The notes under the pieces were generated by a model. It saw nothing but the letters and a program-made list of their open reading frames with translations. It was not told the DNA's origin and ran no database searches. Positions 49,748 through 63,400 of a stretch of DNA of 64,000 bases are shown one piece after another. Each line of letters begins with the position of its first letter. The stretch's first letter is position 1. Origin of the DNA: Eledone cirrhosa (taxonomy: Eukaryota); contig OZ024746.1 of NCBI GenBank assembly GCA_964016885.1, positions 682,001-746,000 of the forward strand. Reading direction: 5' to 3'. The position numbers and the translations under genes were made by a program.

Positions 49748-50139
49748 GAACTTTTTAATATAAGGAACTGTTTATTTGTTTTAATTCATTATTTTTATTA
49801 ATTTATATATATATATATTAATTTATTAAAATAACAGATTAAAGTTTAAGCTAGGAATCGCTGCTTTTACCCTTAACGGGATCTTCTGAAACTATTATTA
49901 TTATATATTATATATATATATATATATATCTTGCCTCTGTTTTCCTGGGATTTTCATCGAATATTTTTGAATGCATCTTCTCTTTTCATGATATTTGGAT
50001 TACATTGAGTTCTTCATACGGATTGGACACTACCGTATATTTTGGTAGATTTATCTACATATATATATATATATATAGGGAGAGAGAGAGAAAGAGAGGG
50101 AGAGATATTCATTGATACTATAATATATACCGCTCCTTA

Positions 50140-50488
50140 TACTCTCAGGTCTCAAATACCTCCCCTTCTCGCTTACTAATTTTTCAAATGTTTTCCACCA
50201 CCCCACCACTCTTCTATCTATGGCAACATTTTATTTTAAGTAGCAGCATTCCTGCAACAATTAATTTTCTTTAGACATTAAAAAACATTATACATGACAA
50301 AAAAAGTACATTAGAAATCCCATATGTTATAAAATAAATAGGATGGGTTGGGGCGTCAATATGTAAACTAAACAACTAATTCTGTTTTTTTTTTTAAATC
50401 AACGGAGACAACCTAGAAAAATTACCAATTTTCCACCCCAGCCCCCACTTATTCCACCCCAACCCCTATTATTTGGGACCTGAGAGTA
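50140..50488. mobile_element. TA-flanked MITE, copy 3
   Basis: TIRs tactctcaggtctcaaata ... tatttgggacctgagagta. Confidence 0.8.
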
Positions 50489-50577
50489 AATAAAGGAGAG
50501 TAAGTATTATAACTATTATTTTTCTTAATACAAAAATACATAATTATACATTGTTACATTGGTGTGGAGTTGTCAGC

Positions 50578-50875
50578 TTTATATACATAATTATATACCT
50601 GTAGGTTAGGAGAGAGTTTGGTTTATATACATAATTATATACCTGTAGGTTAGGAGAGAGTTTGGTTTATATACATAATTATATACCTGTAGGTTAGGAG
50701 AGAGTTTGGTTTATATACATAATTATATACCTGTAGGTTAGGAGAGAGTTTGGTTTATATACATAATTATATACCTGTAGGTTAGGAGAGAGTTTGGTTT
50801 ATATACATAATTATATACCTGTAGGTTAGGAGAGAGTTTGGTTTATATACATAATTATATACCTGTAGGTTAGGA
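50578..50875. repeat. Perfect 44-bp minisatellite x ~6.7
   Basis: atatacataattatatacctgtaggttaggagagagtttggttt repeats. Confidence 0.95.
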
Positions 50876-51450
50876 GGGGGAAGGCTATCAGTTTTAAATA
50901 TTTGTAAAATAATTTCTCTAAGATGTTGAATATTAATAAAAATATATATTAAAACTAGAGCAACACAACACAAGCATTTTAAAGCCATATCACTTGTTAA
51001 AGCAGGGATTAGCCTTGTGGGTCCTTATGAGAGGTTTCATACTCATCATAGGGTCCTTTTTAAAGCAATGATTTACAGTTGAATGCCCTTCCTGGCATCA
51101 ACCTTTTTAGTCATTTCTTTCAACATGCAGAAATACAGTGAATTTATTCTTAACCAGATACACACAGAAATAAACTGGATACTCGCAGAGAAAAAGATAA
51201 AAACTAAAATGATGATGATGATGTACTTAAATGAAGTCATTGTAAGCAAATTTCAAAGCCAAATATACCAAAATAAATGAATTTACTGATAAATAATATA
51301 GGCGTTACCATTAATGTAAACAATTCCATTCTCTAAACTGATAAAAATTTTAAATGGCGGTTGTTGTTTATACATAATGTATTAAAAAAACATGATGCTG
51401 AAAGTGGAAGATTATCTTGGCAAATAATAGAGCTAGAAAGAATACAACAT

Positions 51451-54400
51451 TTAACCCTTTCATTACCATATTTCTAATGAAAGACACTGTGTATGTCATT
51501 AACCCTTTCATTACCATATTTCTAATGAAAGACACTGTCTATGTCATTAACCCTTTCATTACCATATTTCTAATGAAAGACACTGTCTATGTCATTAACC
51601 CTTTAATTACCATATTTCTAATGAAAGACACTGCCTATGTCATTAACCCTTTCATTTCCATATATCTAATGAAAGACACTGTCTATGTCATTAACCCTTT
51701 CATTACCATATTTCTAATGAAAGACAGTCTATGTCATTAAACCTTTCATTACCATATTTCTAATGAAATACACTGTCTATGTCTTTAACCCTTTCATTAC
51801 CATATTTCTAATGAAAGACACTGTCTATGTCATTAACCCTTTCATTACCATCTTTCTAATGAAAGACACTGTCTATGTCATTAACCCTTTCATTACCATA
51901 TTTCTAATGAAAGACACTGTCTATGTCATTAACCCTTTCATTACCATATTTCTAATGAAAGACAGTCTATATCATTAAACCTTTCATTACCATATTTCTA
52001 ATGAAAGACACTGTCTATGTCATTAACCCTTTCATTACCATATTTCTAATGAAAGACACTGTCTATGTCATTAACCCTTTCATTACCATATATCTAATGA
52101 AAGACACTGTCTATGTCATTAACCCTTTCATTACCATATTTCTAATGAAAACAGTCTATATCATTAACCCTTTCATTACCATATTTCTAATGAAAGACAC
52201 TGTCTATGTCATTAACCCTTTCATTACCATATTTCTAATGAAAGACACTGTCTATGTCATTAACCCTTTAATTACCATATTTCTAATGAAAGACACTGCC
52301 TATGTCATTAACCCTTTCATTACCATATATCTAATGAAAGACACTGCCTATGTCATTAACCCTTTCATTACCATATTTCTAATGAAAGACAGTCTATATC
52401 ATTAAACCTTTCATTACCATATTTCTAATGAAAGACAGTCTATGTCATTAAACCTTTCATTACCATATTTCTAATGAAATACACTGTCTATGTCTTTAAC
52501 CCTTTCATTACCATATTTCTAATGAAAGACACTGTCTATGTCATTAACCCTTTCATTACCATATTTCTAATGAAAGACACTGTCTATGTCTTTAACCCTT
52601 TTATTACCATATTTCTAATGAAAGACACTGTCTATGTCATTAACCCTTTCATTACCATATTTCTAATGAAAGACACTGTCTATGTCATTAACCCTTTCAT
52701 TACCATATTTCTAATGAAAGACACTGTCTATGTCATTAACCCTTTAATTACCATATTTCTAATGAAAGACACTGCCTATGTCATTAACCCTTTCATTACC
52801 ATATTTCTAATGAAAGACAGTCTATGTCATTAAACCTTTCATTACCATATTTCGAATGAAATACACTGTCTATGTCTTTAACCCTTTCATTACCATATTT
52901 CTAATGAAAGACACTGTCTATGTCATTAACCCTTTCATTACCATATTTCTAATGAAAGACACTGTCTATGTCATTAACCCTTTCATTACCATATTTCTAA
53001 TGAAAGACACTGTCTATGTCATTAACCCTTTCATTACCATATTTCTAATGAAAGACAGTCTATATCATTAAACCTTTCATTACCATATTTCTAATGAAAG
53101 ACACTGTCTATGTCATTAACCCTTTCATTACCATATTTCTAATGAAAGACACTGTCTATGTCATTAACCCTTTCATTACCATATTTCTAATGAAAGACAC
53201 TGTCTATGTCATTAACCCTTTCATTACCATATTTCTAATGAAAGACACTGTCTATGTCATTAACCCTTTCATTACCATATTTCTAATGAAAGACACTGTC
53301 TATGTCATTAACCCTTTCATTACCATATTTCTAATGAAAGACACTGTCTATGTCATTAACCCTTTCATTACCATGTTTCTAATGAAAGACACTATGTCTT
53401 TAACCCTTTCATTGCCATATTTCTAATGAAAGACAGACTATGTCATTAACCCTTTCATCACCATATTTCTAATGAAAGACACTGTCTATGTCATTAACCC
53501 TTTCATTACCGTATTTTTAAGGAAATACACTGTCTATGTCTTTAATCCTTTCATTACCATATTTCTAATGAAAGACAGTCTATGTCATTAAACCTTTCAT
53601 TACCATGTTTCTAATGAAAGACACTATGTCTTTAACCCTTTCATTGCCATATTTCTAATGAAAGACAGTCTATGTCATTAACCCTTTCATCACCATATTT
53701 CTAATGAAAGACACTGTCTATGTCATTAACCCTTTCATTACCGTATTTCTAAGGAAATACACTGTCTATGTCTTTAACCCTTTCATTACCATATTTCTAA
53801 TGAAAGACAGTCTATGTCATTAAACCTTTCATTACCATATTTCTAATGAAAGACAGTCTATGTCATTAAACCTTTCATTACCATATTTCTAATGAAAGAC
53901 ACTATCTATATCATTAACCCTTTCATTACCATATTTCTAATGAAAGACACTGTCTATGTCATTAACCCTTTCATTACCATATTTCTAATGAAAGACACTG
54001 TCTATGTCATTAACCCTTTCATTACCATATTTCTAATGAAAGACACTGTCTATGTCATTAACCCTTTCATTACCATGTTTCTAATGAAAGACACTATGTC
54101 TTTAACCCTTTCATTGCCATATTTCTAATGAAAGACAGTCTATGTCATTAACCCTTTCATCACCATATTTCTAATGAAAGACACTGTCTATGTCATTAAC
54201 CCTTTCATTACCGTATTTTTAAGGAAATACACTGTCTATGTCTTTAATCCTTTCATTACCATGTTTCTAATGAAAGACAGTCTATGTCATTAAACCTTTC
54301 ATTACCATGTTTCTAATGAAAGACACTATGTCATTAACCCTTTCATCACCATATTTCTAATGAAAGACACTGTCTATGTCATTAACACTTTCATTAAGAT

Positions 54401-57400
54401 GTTTCTAATGAAAGACACTGTCTATGTCATTAACCCTTTCATTACCATATTTCTAATGAAAGACACTATGTGTATAAACCTTTCATTACCATATTTCTAA
54501 TGAAAGACAGTCTATGTCATTAACCCTTTCATTACCATATTTCTAATGAAAGACACTGTCTATGTCTTTAACCCTTTTATTACCATATTTCTAATGAAAG
54601 ACACTGCCTATGTCATTAACCCTTTCATTACCATATTTCTAATGAAAGACACTGCCTATGTCATTAACCCTTTCATTACCATATTTCTAATGAAAGACAC
54701 TGTCTATGTCTTTAACCCTTTTATTACCATATTTCTAATGAAAGACACTGTCTATGTCATTAACCCTTTCATTACCATATTTCTAATGAAAGACACTATG
54801 TCATTAGCCCTTGCATTACCATATTTCTAATGAAAGACAGTCTATGACATTAAACCTTTCATTACCATATTTCTAATGAAAGACAGTCTATGTCATTAAA
54901 CCTTTCATTACCATGTTTCTAATGAAAGACACTGTCTATGTCATTAGCCCTTTCATTACCATATTTCTAATGAAAGACACTGTCTATGTCATTAACCCTT
55001 TCATTACCATATTTCTAATGAAATACACTGTCTATGTCTTTAATCCTTTCATTACCATATTTCTAATGAAAGACACTATGTCTTTAACCCTTTCATTACC
55101 ATATTTCTAATGAAAGACAGTCTATGTCATTAAACCTTTCATTACCATATTTCTAATGAAAGACACTATCTATATCATTAACCCTTTCATTACCATATTT
55201 CCAATGAAAGACACTGTCTATGTCTTTAACCCTTTCAATACCATATTTCTAATGAAAGACACTGTCTATGTCATTAACCCTTTCATTAAGATGTTTCTAA
55301 TGAAAGACACTGTCTATGTCATTAACCCTTTCATTACCATATTTCTAATGAAAGACACTATGTGTATAAACCTTTCATTACCATATTTCTAATGAAAGAC
55401 AGTCTATGTCATTAACCCTTTCATTACCATATTTCTAATGAAAGACACTGTCTATGTCATTAGCCCTTTCATTACCATATTTCTAATGAAAGACACTGTC
55501 TATGTCATTAGCCCTTTCAATACCACATTTCTAATGAAAGACACTGTCTATGTCATTAATCCTTTCATTACCATATTTCTAATGAAAGACACTGTCTATG
55601 TCTTTAACCCTTTTATTACCATATTTCTAATGAAAGATACTATGTCATTAACTTTTTCATTACCATATTTCTAATGAAAGACAGTCTATGTCATTAAACC
55701 TTTCATTACCATATTTCTAATGAAAGACAGTCTATGTCATTAAACCTTTCATTACCATGTTTCTAATGAAAGACACTGTCTATGTCATTAGCCCTTTCAT
55801 TACCATATTTCTAATGAAAGACACTGTCTATGTCATTAACCCTTTCATTACCATATTTCTAATGAAAGACACTGTCTATGTCTTTAATCCTTTCATTACC
55901 ATATTTCTAATGAAAGACACTCTCTATGTCATTAATCCTTTCATTACCATATTTCTAATGAAAGACACTGTCTATGTCTTTAACCCTTTTATTACTATAT
56001 TTCTAATGAAAGACACTGCCTATGTCATTAGCCCTTTCATTACCATATTTCTAATGAAAGACACTATGTCATTAACCCTTTCTTTACCATATTTCTAATG
56101 AAAGACAGTCTATGTCATTAAACCTTTCATTACCATGTTTCTAATGAAAGACACTGTCTATGTCATTAACCCTTTCATTAAGATGTTTCTAATGAAAGAC
56201 ACTGTCTATGTCATTAACCCTTTCATTACCATATTTCTAATGAAAGACACTATGTGTATAAACCTTTCATTACCATATTTCTAATGAAAGACAGTCTATG
56301 TCATTAACCCTTTCATTACCATATTTCTAATGAAAGACACTGTCTATGTCTTTAACCCTTTTATTACCATATTTCTAATGAAAGACACTGCCTATGTCAT
56401 TAACCCTTTCATTACCATATTTCTAATGAAAGACACTGCCTATGTCATTAACCCTTTCATTACCATATTTCTAATGAAAGACACTGTCTATGTCTTTAAC
56501 CCTTTTATTACCATATTTCTAATGAAAGACACTGTCTATGTCATTAACCCTTTCATTACCATATTTCTAATGAAAGACACTATGTCATTAGCCCTTGCAT
56601 TACCATATTTCTAATGAAAGACAGTCTATGACATTAAACCTTTCATTACCATATTTCTAATGAAAGACAGTCTATGTCATTAAACCTTTCATTACCATGT
56701 TTCTAATGAAAGACACTGTCTATGTCATTAGCCCTTTCATTACCATATTTCTAATGAAAGACACTGTCTATGTCATTAACCCTTTCATTACCATATTTCT
56801 AATGAAATACACTGTCTATGTCTTTAATCCTTTCATTACCATATTTCTAATGAAAGACACTATGTCTTTAACCCTTTCATTACCATATTTCTAATGAAAG
56901 ACACTATCTATATCATTAACCCTTTCATTACCATATTTCTAATGAAAGACACTGTCTATGTCATTAACTGTTTCATTACCATATTTCTAATGAAAGACAC
57001 TGTCTATGTCATTAACCCTTTCATTAACATATTTCTAATGAAAGACACTATGTGTATAAACCTTTCATTACCATATTTCTAATGAAAGACAGTCTATGTC
57101 TTTAACCCTTTTATTACCATATTTCTAATGAAAGACACTGCCTATGTCATTAACCCTTTCATTACCATATTTCTAATGAAAGACACTGCCTATGTCATTA
57201 GCCCTTTCATTCCCATATTTCTAATGAAAGACACTATGTCATTAACTTTTTCATTACCATATTTCTAATGAAAGACAGTCTATGTCATTAAACATTTCAT
57301 TACCATATTTCTAATGAAAGACAGTCTATGTCATTAAACCTTTCATTAAGATGTTTCTAATGAAAGACACTGTCTATGTCATTAGCCCTTTCATTACCAT

Positions 57401-60400
57401 ATTTCTAATGAAAGACACTGTCTATGTCATAAACCCTTTCATTACCATAGTTCTAATGAAAGACACTGTCTATGTCATTAGCCCTTTCATTACCATATTT
57501 CTAATGAAAGACACTGTCTATGTCTTTAATCCTTTCATTACCATATTTCTAATGAAAGACACTGTCTATGTCATTAATCCTTTCATTACCATATTTCTAA
57601 TGAAAGACACTGTCTATGTTTTTAACCTTTTTATTACTATATTTCTAATGAAAGACACTGCCTATATCATTAGCCCTTTCATTACCATATTTCTAATGAA
57701 AGACACTATGTCATTAACCCTTTCTTTACCATATTTCTAATGAAAGACAGTCTATGTCATTAAACCTTTCATTACCATGTTTCTAATGAAAGACACTGTC
57801 TATGTCATTAACCCTTTCATTAAGATGTTTCTAATGAAAGACACTGTCTATGTCATTAACCCTTTCATTACCATATTTCTAATGAAAGACACTATGTGTA
57901 TAAACCTTTCATTACCATATTTCTAATGAAAGACAGTCTATGTCATTAACCCTTTCATTACCATATTTCTAATGAAAGACACTGTCTATGTCTTTAACCC
58001 TTTTATTACCATATTTCTAATGAAAGACACTGCCTATGTCATTAACCCTTTCATTACCATATTTCTAATGAAAGACACTGCCTATGTCATTAACCCTTTC
58101 ATTACCATATTTCTAATGAAAGACACTGTCTATGTCTTTAACCCTTTTATTACCATATTTCTAATGAAAGACACTGTCTATGTCATTAACCCTTTCATTA
58201 CCATATTTCTAATGAAAGACACTATGTCATTAGCCCTTGCATTACCATATTTCTAATGAAAGACAGTCTATGACATTAAACCTTTCATTACCATATTTCT
58301 AATGAAAGATAGTCTATGTCATTAAACCTTTCATTACCATGTTTCTAATGAAAGACACTGTCTATGTCATTAGCCCTTTCATTACCATATTTCTAATGAA
58401 AGACACTGTCTATGTCATTAACCCTTTCATTACCATATTTCTAATGAAATACACTGTCTATGTCTTTAATCCTTTCATTACCATATTTCTAATGAAAGAC
58501 ACTATGTCTTTAACCCTTTCATTACCATATTTCTAATGAAAGACAGTCTATGTCATTAAACCTTTCATTACCATATTTCTACTGAAAGACACTATCTATA
58601 TCATTAACCCTTTCATTACCATATTTCCAATGAAAGACACTGTCTATGTCTTTAACCCTTTCAATACCATATTTCTAATGAAAGACACTGTCTATGTCAT
58701 TAACCCTTTCATTACCATATTTCTAATGAAAGACACTGTCTATGTCTTTAACCCTTTTATTACCATATTTCTAATGAAAGACACTGTCTATGTCATTAGC
58801 CCTTTCATTACCATATTTCTAATGAAAGACACTGTCTATGTCATTAGCCCTTTCAATACCATATTTCTAATGAAAGACACTGTCTATGTCATTAACCCTT
58901 TCAATACCATATTTCTAATGAAAGACACTGTCTATGTCTTTAACCCTTTTATTACCATATTTCTAATGAAAGACACTGTCTATGTCATTAGCCCTTTCAT
59001 TATCATATTTCTAATGAAAGACACTATGTCATTAACCCTTTCATTACCATATTTCTAATGAAAGACACTGCCTATGTAATTAACCCTTTCATCACCATAT
59101 TTCTAATGAAAGACACTGTCTATGTCATTAACCCTTTCATTAACATATTTCTAATGAAAGACACTATGTGTATAAACCTTTCATTACCATATTTCTAATG
59201 AAAGACAGTCTATGTCTTTAACCCTTTTATTACCATATTTCTAATGAAAGACACTGCCTATGTCATTAACCCTTTCATTACCATATTTCTAATGAAAGAC
59301 ACTGCCTATGTCATTAGCCCTTTCATTCCCATATTTCTAATGAAAGACACTATGTCATTAACTTTTTCATTACCATATTTCTAATGAAAGACAGTCTATG
59401 TCATTAAACATTTCATTACCATATTTCTAATGAAAGACAGTCTATGTCATTAAACCTTTCATTAAGATGTTTCTAATGAAAGACACTGTCTATGTCATTA
59501 GCCCTTTCATTACCATATTTCTAATGAAAGACACTGTCTATGTCATAAACCCTTTCATTACCATATTTCTAATGAAAGACACTGTCTATGTTATTAGCCC
59601 TTTCATTACCATATTTCTAATGAAAGACACTGTCTATGTCTTTAATCCTTTCATTACCATATTTCTAATGAAAGACACTGTCTATGTCATTAATCCTTTC
59701 ATTACCATATTTCTAATGAAAGACACTGTCTATGTTTTTAACCCTTTTATTACTATATTTCTAATGAAAGACACTGCCTATATCATTAGCCCTTTCATTA
59801 CCATATTTCTAATGAAAGACACTATGTCATTAACCCTTTCTTTACCATATTTCTAATGAAAGACAGTCTATGTCATTAAACCTTTCATTACCATGTTTCT
59901 AATGAAAGACACTATGTCTTTAACCCTTTCATTACCATATTTCCAATGAAAGACACTGTCTATGTCTTTAACCCTTTCATTACCATATTTCTAATGAAAG
60001 ACACTACCTATGTCATTAACCTTTGCATTACCTTATTTCTAATGAAAGACACTGCCTATGTCATTAACCCTTTCATCACCATATTTCTACTGAAAGACAC
60101 TGTCTATGTCTTTAAATCTTTCATTACCATATTTCTAATGAAAGACACTGTCTATGTCATTAGCCCTTTCATTACCATATTTCTAATGAAAGACACTGTC
60201 TATGTCATTAACCCTTTCATTACCATATTTCTAATGAAAGACACTGTCTATGTCATAAACCCTTTCATTACCATATTTCTAATGAAAGACAGTCTATGTG
60301 TATAAACCTTTCATTACCATATTTCTAATGAAAGACACTGTCTATGTCTTTAACCCTTTTATTACCATATTTCTAATGAAAGACACTGTCTATGTCATTA

Positions 60401-63400
60401 ACCCTTTCATTACCATATTTCTAATGAAAGACACTATGTCATTAGCCCTTGCATTACCATATTTCTAATGAAAGACAGTCTATGATATTAAACCTTTCAT
60501 TACCATATTTCTAATGAAAGACAGTCTATGTCATTAAACCTTTCATTACCATGTTTCTAATGAAAGACACTGTCTATGTCATTAGCCCTTTCATTACCAT
60601 ATTTCTAATGAAAGACACTGTCTATGTCATTAACCCTTTCATTACCATATTTCTAATGAAATACACTGTCTATGTCTTTAACCCTTTCATTACCATATTT
60701 CTAATGAAAGACAGTCTATGTCATTAAACCTTTCATTACCATATTTCTAATGAAAGACACTATCTATATTATTTTTATATTTTGTTATTGCCTCCTCCTT
60801 ATTGAGGACGCCTTTTTGTGTAAACTCCCCCCTTTGTACTTGTCCCACTTTTGATGCCCCAGTGGCAAATAAAAGAAATATATCTATATCATTAACCCTT
60901 TCATTACCATATTTCCAATGAAAGACACTGTCTATGTCTTTAACCCTTTCAATACCATATTTCTAATGAAAGACACTGTCTATGTCATTAACCCTTTCAT
61001 TACCATATTTCTAATGAAAGACACTGTCTATGTCTTTAACCCTTTTATTACCATATTTCTAATGAAAGACACTGTCTATGTCATTAGCCCTTTCATTACC
61101 ATATTTCTAATGAAAGACACTGTCTATGTCATTAGCCCTTTCAATACCATATTTCTAATGAAAGACACTGTCTATGTCATTAACCCTTTAAATACCATAT
61201 TTCTAATGAAAGACACTGTCTATGTCATTAGCCCTTTCATTATCATATTTCTAATGAAAGACACTATGTCATTAACCCTTTCATTACCATATTTCTAATG
61301 AAAGACACTGCCTATGTAATTAACCCTTTCATCACCATATTTCTAATGAAAGACACTGTCTATGTCATTAACTGTTTCATTACCATATTTCTAATGAAAG
61401 ACACTGTCTATGTCATTAACCCTTTCATTAACATATTTCTAATGAAAGACACTATGTGTATAAACCTTTCATTACCATATTTCTAATGAAAGACACTGCC
61501 TATGTAATTAACCCTTTCATCACCATATTTCTAATGAAAGACACTGTCTATGTCATTAACTGTTTCATTACCATATTTCTAATGAAAGACACTGTCTATG
61601 TCATTAACCCTTTCATTAACATATTTCTAATGAAAGACACTATGTGTATAAACCTTTCATTACCATATTTCTAATGAAAGACAGTCTATGTCTTTAACCC
61701 TTTTATTACCATATTTCTAATGAAAGACACTGCCTATGTCATTAACCCTTTCATTACCATATTTCTAATGAAAGACACTGCCTATGTCATTAGCCCTTTC
61801 ATTCCCATATTTCTAATGAAAGACACTATGTCATTAACTTTTTCATTACCATATTTCTAATGAAAGACAGTCTATGTCATTAAACATTTCATTACCATAT
61901 TTCTAATGAAAGACAGTCTATGTCATTAAACCTTTCATTAAGATGTTTCTAATGAAAGACACTGTCTATGTCATTAGCCCTTTCATTACCATATTTCTAA
62001 TGAAAGACACTGTCTATGTCATAAACCCTTTCATTACCATATTTCTAATGAAAGACACTGTCTATGTCATTAGCCCTTTCATTACCATATTTCTAATGAA
62101 AGACACTGTCTATGTCTTTAATCCTTTCATTACCATATTTCTAATGAAAGACACTGTCTATGTCATTAATCCTTTCATTACCATATTTCTAATGAAAGAC
62201 ACTGTCTATGTTTTTAACCCTTTTATTACTATATTTCTAATGAAAGACACTGCCTATATCATTAGCCCTTTCATTACCATATTTCTAATGAAAGACACTA
62301 TGTCATTAACCCTTTCTTTACCATATTTCTAATGAAAGACAGTCTATGTCATTAAACCTTTCATTACCATGTTTCTAATGAAAGACACTATGTCTTTAAC
62401 CCTTTCATTACCATATTTCCAATGAAAGACACTGTCTATGTCTTTAACCCTTTCATTACCATATTTCTAATGAAAGACACTACCTATGTCATTAACCTTT
62501 GCATTACCTTATTTCTAATGAAAGACACTGCCTATGTCATTAACCCTTTCATCACCATATTTCTACTGAAAGACACTGTCTATGTCTTTAAATCTTTCAT
62601 TACCATATTTCTAATGAAAGACACTGTCTATGTCATTAGCCCTTTCATTACCATATTTCTAATGAAAGACACTGTCTATGTCATTAACCCTTTCATTACC
62701 ATATTTCTAATGAAAGACACTGTCTATGTCATAAACCCTTTCATTACCATATTTCTAATGAAAGACAGTCTATGTGTATAAACCTTTCATTACCATATTT
62801 CTAATGAAAGACACTGTCTATGTCTTTAACCCTTTTATTACCATATTTCTAATGAAAGACACTGTCTATGTCATTAACCCTTTCATTACCATATTTCTAA
62901 TGAAAGACACTATGTCATTAGCCCTTGCATTACCATATTTCTAATGAAAGACAGTCTATGATATTAAACCTTTCATTACCATATTTCTAATGAAAGACAG
63001 TCTATGTCATTAAACCTTTCATTACCATGTTTCTAATGAAAGACACTGTCTATGTCATTAGCCCTTTCATTACCATATTTCTAATGAAAGACACTCTCTA
63101 TGTCATTAACCCTTTCATTACCATATTTCTAATGAAATACACTGTCTATATCTTTAACCCTTTCATTACCATATTTCTAATGAAAGACAGTCTATGTCAT
63201 TAAACCTTTCATTACCATATTTCTAATGAAAGACACTATCTATATCATTAACCCTTTCATTACCATATTTCCAATGAAAGACACTGTCTATGTCTTTAAC
63301 CCTTTCAATACCATATTTCTAATGAAAGACACTGTCTATGTCATTAACCCTTTCATTACCATATTTCTAATGAAAGACACTGTCTATGTCTTTAACCCTT

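Larger units (their letters stand above)
47652..50059 (+). mobile_element. Penelope-like element, 5'-truncated, with inverted pseudo-LTR (fold-back), inserted in (TA)n
   Basis: Arms 47652-48552 and 49074-50059 are near-identical reverse complements. The spacer holds a GIY-YIG endonuclease remnant, and (TA)n tracts flank both sides. Confidence 0.88.

Noticed and set aside
51309-51337. Possible minus-strand micro-exon (ttatcag|...LENGIVYIN|gtaac)
   Set aside because: Its phase does not fit the GALM exon at 9017, it has no recognisable homology, and it could be chance.
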